Positions 9,361 through 21,964 of a stretch of 64,000 nucleotides of DNA are shown piece by piece. The stretch covers positions 864,001 through 928,000 of the forward strand of contig OY762926.1 in NCBI GenBank assembly GCA_963666735.1, given 5' to 3'. Origin of the DNA: Gemmatimonadota bacterium. GTDB taxonomy: Bacteria > Gemmatimonadota > Gemmatimonadetes > Palauibacterales > Palauibacteraceae. Positions within the stretch are counted from its first letter, which is position 1. Each line of letters opens with the position of its first letter. The notes below the pieces were generated by a model. That model did not search any database and was not told the origin of the DNA. It saw nothing but the letters and a program-made list of their open reading frames with translations. The position numbers were made by a program, and so were the translations under genes.

Positions 9361-10172
9361 CGCAGGAGCCGGAGCCCCCCGAGCCCCCCGCAGGGTCGCC
9401 GCGCCGGTCGGAGCGCCCCCGGCCGGAGTTCTCCGTCATCGTGCCGACGCTCGATGAGGAAGCGCGGCTCGATGAGACGCTCCGGCGCGCAGAGTCCGCC
9501 CTCGGCCCGGACGCGGAAGTCATCGTGGTCGACGGAGGCAGCCGGGATCGCACGGCGGAGATCGCGGCCGCCCACGGCCGCGTGCTGTCGACGTGCCGCA
9601 ATCGCGGCGCCCAGCTCGCCGCCGGAGCCCGGGCCGCCGCCGGAGAGGTTCTCATCTTCGTGCACGCCGACACGTGGCTTCCCGATGGCGGCGCGACGGC
9701 CATCCGCACCGCGGTTCGCGGAGGCGCGGAGGCGGGCTGTTTCCGCTTCGCCCTTCAACCGCGCGCGCGCCGATGGCGCTATCGCCTGCTCGAATGGGGC
9801 GTGAACTGGCGGACGCGCCGATTCAACACCGCCACGGGCGATCAGGCCCTCTTCGCCACGCGCGACGCCTACGAGGCATGCGGCGGCTTCCGGGATCTTC
9901 CCCTCTTCGAAGACGTGACCTTCGTCCGGACCGTGCGGCGAGTCACGCAGTTTCGCCTTCTCCCCCTCGCGGCGCGTACCTCGAGCCGACGCTGGGAAGC
10001 CGGTTTCCTCGGCACGGTCGTCAGGCACTGGGCGTTGCGTGCGGCCTTCCTCGCCGGCGCGGACCCGCAGCGACTCAGCCGCTACCACCAGCGGCCTTCC
10101 GGGATCACGGAATCCGCAGTCCCTCCGTCCCGATGCGCTCCACGAACCAGCGGCTCCCATCCGAAACGGTGA
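9357..10172 (+). CDS. GT2 glycosyltransferase, TIGR04283-like
   Basis: GTG overlaps the mce stop. SVIVPTLDEE, VVDGGSRD, FVHADT, TGDQALF, GGFRDLPLFED, TSSRRW. Confidence 0.8.
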   Translation: MTQEPEPPEPPAGSPRRSERPRPEFSVIVPTLDEEARLDETLRRAESALGPDAEVIVVDGGSRDRTAEIAAAHGRVLSTCRNRGAQLAAGARAAAGEVLIFVHADTWLPDGGATAIRTAVRGGAEAGCFRFALQPRARRWRYRLLEWGVNWRTRRFNTATGDQALFATRDAYEACGGFRDLPLFEDVTFVRTVRRVTQFRLLPLAARTSSRRWEAGFLGTVVRHWALRAAFLAGADPQRLSRYHQRPSGITESAVPPSRCAPRTSGSHPKR

Positions 10173-10556
10173 TGAACGGGACGCTCACATCCCCGTTGCG
10201 CGTCCCCGTCAGATCCACCATCCAGCGCGAGGCGCCTCCGGCCGCCGAGACGGGATTCGGGCGGAGTTCGTAGGCGCGCGGCGCGAGCAGGCGCGCGAGC
10301 ACGAACATCCTCTGTTCCGTCTCGGCCCGCCCCCAGCGACGGTCTGCCGGGCCTTCATCCGTTCCGAACAGCCGAGCCATGGCAGGGTAGTCGCGCAGCC
10401 TCGCGGCATCGAGAAACCGCGCGATGGCCGCCTCCGCGGACTCCGCTCCATAGATGTCCATGCCGGGCCGCGTCCCGGCGTCTCCGCGCGACGCGCAGCC
10501 GGCGAGCGCGAAACCCGCCACGGCCGCGGCCATGACCGCGACGCGGACTCCGGGGT

Positions 10557-10560
<4 letters not shown>
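10105..10560 (-). CDS. Hypothetical lipoprotein
   Basis: Lipobox ALAGC after a hydrophobic signal; start overlaps the clpB stop. Confidence 0.7.
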
Positions 10561-13178
<2,618 letters not shown>

Positions 13179-13270
13179 CGTCTATTCGCCGCCTCGAAGT
13201 TCTTCCGTGTCGCTTCCGCGGGTGTTCGCGTCGAACCGCCGCCGTCGGGCCGCGGCCTCCCCGTTTCATG

Positions 13271-13286
13271 AGCAATCCCCGTGCCC
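13271..13286 (-). promoter_or_regulatory. Sigma54 (-24/-12) promoter upstream of clpB
   Basis: Minus strand GGGCACGGGGATTGCT is GG-N10-GC and closely matches TGGCACG-N4-TTGCW; about 90 nt before the clpB ATG. Confidence 0.7.
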
Positions 13287-13389
13287 TCCCCCTGCGCCGG
13301 GTTCGGAGACCCCTATCCGCCGGAACGGCGGGATGACCGCCGATCAGGCGGTGAACGGGACCTCCGGGGACCCTCACGCGGTGCCACTT

Positions 13390-13419
13390 CGGCAGGGGCT
13401 CCCGTGTTGACCCCTGCCG
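13390..13419. promoter_or_regulatory. Perfect 9-bp inverted repeat CGGCAGGGG-N12-CCCCTGCCG (candidate operator or enhancer)
   Basis: Read directly; lies in the divergent clpB / mla intergenic region. Confidence 0.45.
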
Positions 13420-13435
13420 GACCCGCGACTAGCGT
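13407..13435 (+). promoter_or_regulatory. Putative sigma70 promoter for the OPT-remnant/mla operon
   Basis: TTGACC-N17-TAGCGT. Confidence 0.5.
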
Positions 13436-13510
13436 CCCAGCGGTCGATCCCGCCCCATGAGGACTCGATCGTTTCCCGTGTCGGTCCCGGGACAATCTGG
13501 AGGGAAGCCC

Positions 13511-13771
13511 ATGTCGAACCCAGCAGGCGGCGGCGCGGAATCAGGCGCGCACAGGCCGTATGTCCCCGCCTCGCAATCCCTGCCCGAAATCACCGGCAAG
13601 GCGATCGTCCCCGGCATCCTCCTCGCGATCCCGTTCGCGGTCTGGCAGAGCACGGACGTGATGACCATCGCGCCGGATGGATTCGAGACGGCCGCGAGCT
13701 GGATCGGCGCGGCGGCCGCGGTCGGATTCATATTCTGGCTCTACCGCGCCTCGCTGCGCGCCTCCGAATGA
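13511..13771 (+). pseudogene. Internally deleted OPT-family oligopeptide transporter remnant (86-aa in-frame N/C fusion)
   Basis: N-part HRPYVPASQSLPEITGKAIV.GILLA resembles OPT N-termini. C-part GILLAIPFA...FWLYRA resembles OPT C-termini. The central region of roughly 550-600 aa is absent. Confidence 0.6.
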
Positions 13772-14142
13772 AGCGAGCGCGCCGGGACGGGGCGGTCATG
13801 AAGGCGATCCTGCTCGTCGCGGGCCTGGCGGCCATCGGCTGCGACGGATCCGGCGGCAGCCTGGACGAAGACACCTACGTTCAGGTCATGGCCAGGCTCA
13901 GCTGGGCCCGGGCGAAGTACGCGGACACGGCGGAGGGCGACTCGGTGCGGGCCGCGGCGCTCGACGAGCATGGCGTGACCGGGCAGCAGCTCGATGAATT
14001 CGTCACCCGGTTCGGAGACGACCCGAGACGCATGCACCGGCTGTGGGAGGCGATTCGTGTCGAGGTGGACGTGCTCGACGGCGTTCCGCGACCGGAATCG
14101 CAGTTGGAGCTACCGGACGCGGAGAGGCACGAAAGCCGTTGA
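13768..14142 (+). CDS. Hypothetical helical lipoprotein (DUF4296-like)
   Basis: Signal MKAILLVAGLAAIGC (likely start 13798); DSVRAAALDEHGVT...EF pattern. Confidence 0.6.
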   Translation: MKRARRDGAVMKAILLVAGLAAIGCDGSGGSLDEDTYVQVMARLSWARAKYADTAEGDSVRAAALDEHGVTGQQLDEFVTRFGDDPRRMHRLWEAIRVEVDVLDGVPRPESQLELPDAERHESR

Positions 14143-14924
14143 AGGCGCCGAACCTCCTCGCCGCGCCCGGCCGCTCCGCCCGCGCCGCGGCGCTCCACGC
14201 CGGAAGGGCCGGCATGCTGGGCGTCGCGACGTTTCGCGCGCTCGCCCATCCGCGCCGGTACGCGCTGGAGACGATCCAGCACGCAAGGTTCATCGGCCTC
14301 GACAGCCTCCCGCTGGTGCTGCTGATGGGCGCCCTCTCCGGTGCCGTCATGGCGCAGCAGACCATGTATCAGCTCTCCCCGGGGCTGCCGAGGGAGATCG
14401 TCGCGGGCGGCGTCGTGGGCGGCATGCTGACGGAACTGGGACCCGTCCTGACGGCGGTCGTCCTCGCGGGACGCGTCGGCGCGGCGATCGGGGCCGAACT
14501 CGGCACGATGAAGGTGACGAACCAGATCGACGCGCTGCTGACGATGGGCCGGGATCCCGTCGTGGAACTCGTGGTCCCGCGGGTCGTGGCGGGAACCCTC
14601 ATTCTGATCCCGCTCGTCATGCTCGCCAACGCGATGGGGATCTTCAGCGGCTACGTGACATCGGTCGGCATCCTCGGACTGAGTACGGGAGAGTACGTGG
14701 ATGGGGCCAAGGGATATTATCACCACGGCGCGCTGATCTTCTCGCTCGTGAAGGCGGTCGCGTACGGATTCGCGATCACGTTCATCTCGAGCCACGTGGG
14801 GCTGCGCGCGAGCGGCGGAGCGGCGGGCGTGGGCCGCACGGCGACGAGGGCGGTGGTCGCCATCATCGTCTCGATCATGGTCCTGGACACCGTACTCGGT
14901 CCGGTGTACAAGACGCTCACGTGA
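14139..14924 (+). CDS. mlaE: MlaE-family ABC permease
   Basis: ELGPVLTAVVLAGRVGAAIGAELGTMKVTNQIDAL, GGAAGVGRTAT; TTG start overlaps the upstream stop. Confidence 0.92.
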   Translation: MKAPNLLAAPGRSARAAALHAGRAGMLGVATFRALAHPRRYALETIQHARFIGLDSLPLVLLMGALSGAVMAQQTMYQLSPGLPREIVAGGVVGGMLTELGPVLTAVVLAGRVGAAIGAELGTMKVTNQIDALLTMGRDPVVELVVPRVVAGTLILIPLVMLANAMGIFSGYVTSVGILGLSTGEYVDGAKGYYHHGALIFSLVKAVAYGFAITFISSHVGLRASGGAAGVGRTATRAVVAIIVSIMVLDTVLGPVYKTLT

Positions 14925-15667
14925 TCAGGATCATCGGCGTGCACAAGTGGCTCGGGGGGCGCCCGATCCTGAGCGGGGTGGATCTCGATGTGCGGGAAGG
15001 TGAAACCCTCGCGATCATGGGGCCGTCAGGGACGGGCAAGAGCGTCCTCCTCAAACACATCGTCGGCCTCTTCGATCCGGACGCCGGAGATATCCTCGTC
15101 GACGGGATTTCGGTACCGTCGGCCGACCGCGCCGAGATGGCCGCCGTTCGCACGAGAACCGCCTACGTGTTCCAGAATTCCGCCCTCTTCGATTCCATGA
15201 CGGTGCGGGGAAACCTGCTGATGGGTCTCCCACCCGGTTTCTGTCGCGGCCGCGCCGCCAGGTGCGAGGAACTGGTCCGCGCCGCGCTCGATCACGTGAA
15301 CCTCGATCCGGAAGTGCTGACGCTCCTGCCGGCCGAACTCTCCGGAGGCATGCAGCGGCGGGTCGCCATCGCGCGCGCCATCATCGGGAAGCGCCGCTAC
15401 GTCCTGTACGATGAGCCCACCACGGGACTGGACCCCGTCAACGCGACCCGGATCAACCGCCTGATCGCGCGCGTGAGCGAGGAAGTCGATGCGACGAGTA
15501 TCGTCGTGACCCACGACGTGGAGTCCGCCTTCTTCCTGGCCGACCGCATCGCCCTCCTTTCGGACGGCGTCGTCGCGGCGGAGGGTACGCCGCAACAGCT
15601 GCGCGAGACGGACAACCGGGCCGTGCGCGAGTTTCTCGACGCGGCGCCCACGCGGGGTCCCGCGTGA
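14921..15667 (+). CDS. mlaF: MlaF-family ABC ATP-binding protein
   Basis: GPSGTGKS, FQNSALFDS, LSGGM, YDEPTTGLDP, VTHD. Confidence 0.92.
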   Translation: MIRIIGVHKWLGGRPILSGVDLDVREGETLAIMGPSGTGKSVLLKHIVGLFDPDAGDILVDGISVPSADRAEMAAVRTRTAYVFQNSALFDSMTVRGNLLMGLPPGFCRGRAARCEELVRAALDHVNLDPEVLTLLPAELSGGMQRRVAIARAIIGKRRYVLYDEPTTGLDPVNATRINRLIARVSEEVDATSIVVTHDVESAFFLADRIALLSDGVVAAEGTPQQLRETDNRAVREFLDAAPTRGPA

Positions 15668-16587
15668 GGGATCCGGGGCTCCGCGACCGCGGCGTCGAGG
15701 TCCGGGTCGGCGTATTCGTCATCCTTGCCGCAGCCGTCATCGTGGCGGGTCTGTTCTGGATATCGGGCTCGCCGTTTCGCGGCCCCACGATCCGCGTGTG
15801 GGGGATCGCGGCGAACGCGAACCGGATCGCGGCCGCATCGCCCGTTCTGCTGCGCGGCGTGGAGGTCGGCACGGTGGACGAAGTCGCGCTCGAAGCGGAG
15901 CGCGTCGTCCTCGCGATGACGCTCTCCTCGCGGGTCCAGCTGCCGGCGGACACCCGGGGCACCATCCAACCGGACGGTTTCCTGGGCCAGCAGCTCGTCG
16001 AGCTCACGCCGGGGACGAGTGCCCGAGCGCTGACGGAGGGCGATACGCTCTCCCTCGACCGCCGATCCGACCTCACGTCGCTGGCGTCGACCCTCGGGGA
16101 CGAGGTGGGCTCGCTGATCGGGGAGATGGAATCGCTGCTCGACGGCGGCCTGACCGAGAACGTCGTCTCCGGATCGGAAGCCTTCACGCTCGCGATGCGG
16201 GAACTTGCCGGGATTCTCGAGACCGAGCGCACGTCGGTCGGCAGCCTGCTCGCCAACATGGACACCCTGTCGAATCGGCTCGCGGGAATGACCGGGTCCG
16301 GGGAAGTCGAGCGCACGCTCGCCAACCTCGACACGCTCTCGTCCCGGCTCGCCGGCGCGAGCGTGGATTTCTCGACCGCCGCCCGATCCCTCGCGGAGAT
16401 CACGCGAGGGCTGGAAGGCGGCGAGGGAACGCTCGGAAAGTTCCTGCGCGAAGACGCGGTCCACGATGAACTGCTGGAGACGCTGGGGACTCTGCGCGCC
16501 GCCGGCGAGGAACTCGCCCTCCTCCTGCGGGACGTCCGCGAGCGGCCGGATCGTTACCTCACGGACCTCAAGGTCTCGGTCTTCTAG
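15664..16587 (+). CDS. mlaD: MlaD/MCE-family substrate-binding protein
   Basis: N-terminal TM (VRVGVFVI), GVEVGTV, GFLGQQLVELTPG, helical tail with GEGTLGKFL. Confidence 0.88.
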   Translation: MRDPGLRDRGVEVRVGVFVILAAAVIVAGLFWISGSPFRGPTIRVWGIAANANRIAAASPVLLRGVEVGTVDEVALEAERVVLAMTLSSRVQLPADTRGTIQPDGFLGQQLVELTPGTSARALTEGDTLSLDRRSDLTSLASTLGDEVGSLIGEMESLLDGGLTENVVSGSEAFTLAMRELAGILETERTSVGSLLANMDTLSNRLAGMTGSGEVERTLANLDTLSSRLAGASVDFSTAARSLAEITRGLEGGEGTLGKFLREDAVHDELLETLGTLRAAGEELALLLRDVRERPDRYLTDLKVSVF

Positions 16588-16590
16588 ATT

Positions 16591-17388
16591 CTAGAGCCCG
16601 GTCGGTACGTCGAAGAAGGTGTGCTCCACGTCAAAATGCTCTGCGGCGCGCGCCGCCAGAGCCCGGATGCCGAGCGTCTCCGTCCCGTAGTGGCCCGCAT
16701 AGATCACGTTGATCCCGAGCTCCATCGCTTCGTGGTACGTGTGGTGGTTCCCCTCCCCCGTGAGGAAGGTGTCGGCTCCCGCCATGGCGGCGGCCTCGAT
16801 CATCGAACCCGCGCCGCCCGTGACGATGGCGAGCCGCGACACGCGTTTCGGCCCCCCGGGGATCACGACGGGGGCTCGTCCGCAGGCGGCTTCGGCCCGA
16901 GCCGCGAGTTCGCCGCGAGACGCGTCGACCGCGCCAATGACGCCGATTCCGTCATTCCCCTTGAAGGACCCGAAAGGTTCGATGTCCCCGAGGCGGAGTT
17001 CGGCGGCGAGGAGGACGTTGTTTCCGATGCGGGGATGCGCGTCGAGCGGAAGGTGCGCCGAGTACAGCCCCATCCCGCTCTCCACGAGGCGGCGGCAGCG
17101 CTCGTACGCGGGGCCGACGAAGGGACGCAGGCCACCCCAGAACAGTCCGTGGTGGACGAGGAGAATCCCGCACCCGGCGCCGGCCGCGAGGTCGATCGTG
17201 GCCTGGCAGGCATCCGTCGCCGCACCGATGCGGACGACGGCGCGGCGCCCGTCGACCTGCAGCCCGTTCAGGGCGAAGGGGTAGTCCTCGATTCCGGCGA
17301 CGTCGAGGAAATCATCGAGCCAGACGGCAACTTCCCGGCAGTTCGGGCCGCTCCCGACCCCGGATCCCGCCACGGAGGCTACTCCCAC
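16591..17388 (-). CDS. Nif3-like dinuclear metal-centre protein (YbgI family)
   Basis: [31 protein letters not shown]. Confidence 0.92.
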   Translation of the reverse strand: MGVASVAGSGVGSGPNCREVAVWLDDFLDVAGIEDYPFALNGLQVDGRRAVVRIGAATDACQATIDLAAGAGCGILLVHHGLFWGGLRPFVGPAYERCRRLVESGMGLYSAHLPLDAHPRIGNNVLLAAELRLGDIEPFGSFKGNDGIGVIGAVDASRGELAARAEAACGRAPVVIPGGPKRVSRLAIVTGGAGSMIEAAAMAGADTFLTGEGNHHTYHEAMELGINVIYAGHYGTETLGIRALAARAAEHFDVEHTFFDVPTGL

Positions 17389-18914
17389 TCGATCGTCGCG
17401 GGGGGCTTCGAGGACACATCGTAGGTCACCCGGTTCACCCCCTTCACCTCGTTGATGATGCGGTTGGAGATCCGGCCCAGCACGTCGTGGGGGAACGGGA
17501 ACCAGTCGGCCGTCATTCCGTCCAGCGACGTCACCGCGCGCAGCGCGACGACGTTCTCGTACGTGCGCGCATCCCCCATGACGCCGACCGACTGAACGGG
17601 CAGGAGGACGGCGAACGCCTGCCAGATCTCATCGTAGAGGCCCGCCTCGCGAATCTCATCGAGATAGATCGCGTCCACGTCTCGCAGCGCAGCCAGTTTC
17701 TCTCGCGTCACGTCGCCGAGAATGCGGATGGCGAGGCCGGGGCCGGGGAAGGGATGACGCCCCACGATCTCCTCCGAAAGGCCCAGCTCGCGGCCGACGG
17801 CGCGCACCTCGTCCTTGAAAAGCTCGCGAAGAGGCTCGACGAGTTCGAACGGGTGATCCGGACGGAGTCCCCCGACGTTGTGGTGGGACTTGATCATCAC
17901 CGACGGTCCCCACACGGAGACGGACTCGATCACGTCGGGGTAGAGCGTTCCCTGCACGAGGAAACGCGCGTCGCCGTGCCGGCCCGCCGCCTCCTCGAAC
18001 ACGTCGATGAAGGTGTGGCCGATGATGACCCGCTTCTCCTCGGGTTCCTCGACGCCGGCGAGGCGGTCGAGGAAGAGGTCGGCCGCGTCGACGACCTCGA
18101 GCCGCATCCCCATGTGTTCGCCGAACACCGCCTCCACCGCGTCTCGTTCACCCTTCCGCAGCAGACCCGTGTCGACGAAGATGCAGGTGAGCCGGTCTCC
18201 CACCGCCCGCTGCACGAGGGCGGCGGCCACGGAGCTGTCCACGCCGCCGGAGAGGCCGCAGATGACGTGCCCGTTCTCCACCGTCTCGCGAACCGCGGCG
18301 AGTTGGTGATCGATGATGTTCGCGGCGTTCCAGCTCATCTCGCAGCCGGCGATCTCGAACAGGAAGTTCCGCAGCATCTCTCCGCCGCGCGTCGTATGGG
18401 CGACCTCCGGGTGGAACTGCACGCCCCAGATCCGCCGTTCCTCGGACCGGATCGCGGCGATGGAGTTCTCGGTCGTCGCCGAGACCTCGAAGCCCGGAGG
18501 CAGCGCGTGGAGCGAGTCGCCGTGGCTCATCCAGACCTGGGTAGGCTCGTCATCGGCAAACCCGTGGAAGAAGGGATCCTTGGACCGCACCCTGAGTTCG
18601 GCCCGCCCGTACTCCCGGCGTTCGGCCTGCTGCACTTCGCCCCCGACAAGATCCGCGACGAGCTGCATTCCGTAGCAGATCCCGAGAATCGGGACACCCA
18701 TGTCGAGGGTCTCGGGCTGGGCCGTGGGGACGCCCTCGTCGTATACGCTCGCCGGCCCTCCGGAGAGGACGATGGCCGCCGGATCGTAGCGGCGGACCCA
18801 CGCCGGACTCCGCGTCGGCGGATGCACCTCGCAGTACACGCCCTCCTCGCGAATGCGGCGCGCGATGAGCTGCGTGAACTGGGACCCGAAATCGAAGATG
18901 AGAACGCGACTCAC
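17379..18914 (-). CDS. guaA: GMP synthase (glutamine-hydrolysing)
   Basis: [53 protein letters not shown]. Confidence 0.98.
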   Translation of the reverse strand: MSRVLIFDFGSQFTQLIARRIREEGVYCEVHPPTRSPAWVRRYDPAAIVLSGGPASVYDEGVPTAQPETLDMGVPILGICYGMQLVADLVGGEVQQAERREYGRAELRVRSKDPFFHGFADDEPTQVWMSHGDSLHALPPGFEVSATTENSIAAIRSEERRIWGVQFHPEVAHTTRGGEMLRNFLFEIAGCEMSWNAANIIDHQLAAVRETVENGHVICGLSGGVDSSVAAALVQRAVGDRLTCIFVDTGLLRKGERDAVEAVFGEHMGMRLEVVDAADLFLDRLAGVEEPEEKRVIIGHTFIDVFEEAAGRHGDARFLVQGTLYPDVIESVSVWGPSVMIKSHHNVGGLRPDHPFELVEPLRELFKDEVRAVGRELGLSEEIVGRHPFPGPGLAIRILGDVTREKLAALRDVDAIYLDEIREAGLYDEIWQAFAVLLPVQSVGVMGDARTYENVVALRAVTSLDGMTADWFPFPHDVLGRISNRIINEVKGVNRVTYDVSSKPPATIEWE

Positions 18915-20224
18915 CGCACTTCCTCTCCTCTCGCTTCGCCGGGTGGCCTGGCCAGCGTCTCGATCGCGACCTCCCGTTCCTCGCCGGAGGCCATGTCGCG
19001 GACGACCGCGACGCCCCGCTCCACTTCCCGCGGCCCGAGTACGATGGTGCGACCGGCGCCCGCCTGGTGGGCGGCCTTGAACTGGCGTCCGACGCCGCGC
19101 GGCCGAAGGTCGTAGAGCACCCGCCGTCCCCGGTCGCGCAGGGAGCGGGCCAGGCCGAGCGCCAGCGGTCGCTCCCCATCCGAGACACAGACGATGTAAT
19201 CGTCCACGCGGGGAGGCGTGCCGGGCACGAGGCCACGGTCCTTGAGCAATTCCGCCAGGACCACATCCCCCATGCCGAAGCCGAGCGCCGGAAGATCCAC
19301 GCCTCCCAGCGCCTTCAGGAGGTCATCATAGCGTCCGCCCCCGCAGATCGCGCGCAGTTCACCCCGGCGATCCCAGATCTCGAACACGGTCCCCGTGTAG
19401 TAGGCAAGTCCGCGGACCAGACCCGCGTCGAACCTGACGAAGTCGGCGAAGCCCGTCGCGCCGAGGTGCGCGAACACGGTGGACAGCCGGCCGGCCGCCT
19501 CCGCGATCGCTTCGTCTCCCCGGTGCGCCGCCGCCAATTCCTCGAGCGGGAGCCGGATGGCCGCCAGCAGGCGCGTCGCCGCCTCGCGCTCCACGCCCTG
19601 TGCCGCGAGCCGCCCGCGGACCCCGTCCGCCCCTTCCTTCTCGAGCCGGTCCAGGGCGCCGAACACCGGAACATGGTCTTCGGCGGCGATTCCGTGCGCG
19701 TCGAGGAGCGCGCCGATGAGACGCCGGTCCGAAATGCGGACCACGATGTCCGCGGCCTCCAGGCCGAGTTCCCGCAGCGCGTCGATGCCCGCGCCGATGA
19801 TCTCCGAGTCGGAGAGCGGGTTCGTCTCGCCGACGATGTCCATGTTGAGCTGAAAGTGCTCGCGGAGCCGGCCGCGTTGCGGCCGTTCGTAGCGGAAGAG
19901 CTGCGGGATCGAGAACCAGCGTACCGGCTTGGCGAGTCCCCCGGCGCGGGTGGCGATCATGCGCGCGAAGGTCGGCGTCATCTCGGGCCGCAACGCTACG
20001 GCCCGGCCCCCCTTGTCCTCGAACTCGTACAGCTGGCCCACGATCTCGTCGCCCGACTTCCGCGTGTAGAGTTCGAGCGCCTCGAGCGGAGGTCCGTCGT
20101 ACTCCGTGAATCCGTAGCGGGCGCCGACCCTCCGCCAGGCCGAGAAGATGTGTCGGCGAAGGGCCAGTTCCTCGGGGAAGAAGTCTCGGAAGCCGGGCAG
20201 TCCGCGGATCTCCCCGGAACGCAC
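18911..20224 (-). CDS. hisS: Histidine--tRNA ligase
   Basis: [47 protein letters not shown] start at 20224. Confidence 0.96.
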   Translation of the reverse strand: MRSGEIRGLPGFRDFFPEELALRRHIFSAWRRVGARYGFTEYDGPPLEALELYTRKSGDEIVGQLYEFEDKGGRAVALRPEMTPTFARMIATRAGGLAKPVRWFSIPQLFRYERPQRGRLREHFQLNMDIVGETNPLSDSEIIGAGIDALRELGLEAADIVVRISDRRLIGALLDAHGIAAEDHVPVFGALDRLEKEGADGVRGRLAAQGVEREAATRLLAAIRLPLEELAAAHRGDEAIAEAAGRLSTVFAHLGATGFADFVRFDAGLVRGLAYYTGTVFEIWDRRGELRAICGGGRYDDLLKALGGVDLPALGFGMGDVVLAELLKDRGLVPGTPPRVDDYIVCVSDGERPLALGLARSLRDRGRRVLYDLRPRGVGRQFKAAHQAGAGRTIVLGPREVERGVAVVRDMASGEEREVAIETLARPPGEARGEEVR

Positions 20225-20228
20225 TAAG

Positions 20229-20651
20229 CTAGCTCGTCGCGCAGTATTGGTCGTACGCCTGTGTAAGATCGGCCGCGATATCGCGGGCCTCGCGGCCCTC
20301 GATCTGGTGTCGCTCGAGCATGAACTGCAGCTCCCCGTCCGAGAGCAACGCGAGAGAAGGCGAAGAGGGTCGGACGCCGGCGAAATACTGCCGCGCGCGC
20401 GCCGTCGCTTCCGCATCCTGCCCGGCGAAGACCGTGACGACGCGATCGGGCTGCTTTCCGTGGCCCATGGCCATCGCGACGGCGGGTCGCGCGTTGCGCG
20501 CCGCGCAGCCGCAGACGGAGTTCACGACGACGAGCGTCTCCCCGTCGGCCCCCAGGGCTTCATCCACTTCATCGGAGGTCCGAAGCTCGCGCACGCCGAG
20601 GCGGGTGAGTTCGTCCCTCATCGGTTGTACCAGTCTGGGATCGTACAGCAT
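20229..20651 (-). CDS. BrxA/BrxB-family bacilliredoxin (YphP/YqiW, DUF1094)
   Basis: VQPMRDELT, VNSVCGCAA.NARP, TVFAGQD.EAT..AR, PSSPS, RHQIEGR. Confidence 0.92.
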   Translation of the reverse strand: MLYDPRLVQPMRDELTRLGVRELRTSDEVDEALGADGETLVVVNSVCGCAARNARPAVAMAMGHGKQPDRVVTVFAGQDAEATARARQYFAGVRPSSPSLALLSDGELQFMLERHQIEGREARDIAADLTQAYDQYCATS

Positions 20652-20653
20652 CT

Positions 20654-21964
20654 CTAGTCTCCTGTCCGTACGCCGGCGAGTTCGGGCATTTCCCGGGCCT
20701 CGCCCACGGTATATGCGGATCCCGTGACCAACAGCGTGCCGGGGCCGGCGAGCGTCAGGCCTCGCGCCACCGCTTCGGCCACGTCCCGGCACACGATCGA
20801 TTCGAAACCCCGTTCACGCGACAGCCACTCCTGCGCCCGGGACGGGTCCCATCGCCTCTCCGCGGGGGCGGCTGGTCGAGTCAGAATCATAGTGTCGCTG
20901 TCAAGCGCGAGCCGGGCCAGCGCTCTCTTCCAGTCCTTGTCGGCCAGCATGCCCACGACGGCGACGAGCGGGCGCGCGAGCGACACCTCCGTCAGCGTCT
21001 CGCACAGGACCGCGATGGCTGCCGGATTGTGCGCGATATCGAACACGCAGCCCGGGCGCCCGCCCCCCGGAGGCCGGACCTCGAAACGGCCGGGCAGGCG
21101 CGCGCGCGCGATCCCGCGGCGCGCGGAGCCTTCCTCCGGCGGATAGCCGGAACGGTCCAGCAGCAGGAGGGCAAGCGCCGCGTTGTCCGCCTGGTGCCCG
21201 CCCGGGAGGCCGGTCGCGAGCCGCAGACCGTCGGGACGCGACGCCGACACGTACCGGAAGCACGTCTCCCCGGTTCGCACCTCCACGTCCGACACTTCCG
21301 CTTCCCTTCCGAGGCGCGCAACCGGGGCCCCGACGCCGCGCGCGACGCGCTCGAGTGCCGCGAGCGGAAGCGGGTCGATGCGGCCGAGGCAGGCCGGCGC
21401 TCCCGGCTTGAAGATTCCCCCCTTTTCCCTCGCGATCGCTTCGGTGGACTCGCCGAGCCATTCCGTGTGGTCGAGGCTGATCGGAGTGATCGCCGTGGCG
21501 GCGGGACGAAGGACGTTCGTCGCGTCGAGGCGGCCGCCGAGACCGGTTTCGACGACGGCCACTTCCACGCCGCACTCCGCGAAGCAGGTGAAGGCGAGGG
21601 CCGTGGCCGCCTCGAAGTACGTGCAGGCTTCCGTCGCTTCGCAGCCGATGACGCGGGCGGCCGCGACTTGAAGCGCCGACTCCGCCACCCGGGTTCCGTC
21701 GATCAGAAACCGTTCCCGAACGTCGTCGAGGTGCGGCGAGGTGTAGAGGCCCGTGCGCCTCCCGCCATCCTCGAGCATCGACGCCGCGAAGCACGCGGTC
21801 GACCCCTTGCCGTTCGTGCCCGCGATGTGGAGGGCGTCGAAGCGTCGTTCCGGCCGGCCCAACTCCGCCAGGAGCGCTTCAATTCTGTCGAGACCCCAGC
21901 GGATCGCGGTGACGGGACGGGAGTCGAACAGGGCCGCGACGGCGTCCCCATCCCCGTTCAGCAC
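20654..21964 (-). CDS. folC: Folylpolyglutamate/dihydrofolate synthase
   Basis: HIAGTNGKGST, YTSPHL, ETGLGGRLDATN, DIAHNP. Confidence 0.95.
   Translation of the reverse strand: MLNGDGDAVAALFDSRPVTAIRWGLDRIEALLAELGRPERRFDALHIAGTNGKGSTACFAASMLEDGGRRTGLYTSPHLDDVRERFLIDGTRVAESALQVAAARVIGCEATEACTYFEAATALAFTCFAECGVEVAVVETGLGGRLDATNVLRPAATAITPISLDHTEWLGESTEAIAREKGGIFKPGAPACLGRIDPLPLAALERVARGVGAPVARLGREAEVSDVEVRTGETCFRYVSASRPDGLRLATGLPGGHQADNAALALLLLDRSGYPPEEGSARRGIARARLPGRFEVRPPGGGRPGCVFDIAHNPAAIAVLCETLTEVSLARPLVAVVGMLADKDWKRALARLALDSDTMILTRPAAPAERRWDPSRAQEWLSRERGFESIVCRDVAEAVARGLTLAGPGTLLVTGSAYTVGEAREMPELAGVRTGD

Noticed and set aside
13179..13510. CIRCE or HAIR heat-shock operators upstream of clpB
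   Set aside because: Neither TTAGCACTC-N9-GAGTGCTAA nor CTTGAGT-N7-ACTCAAG was found.
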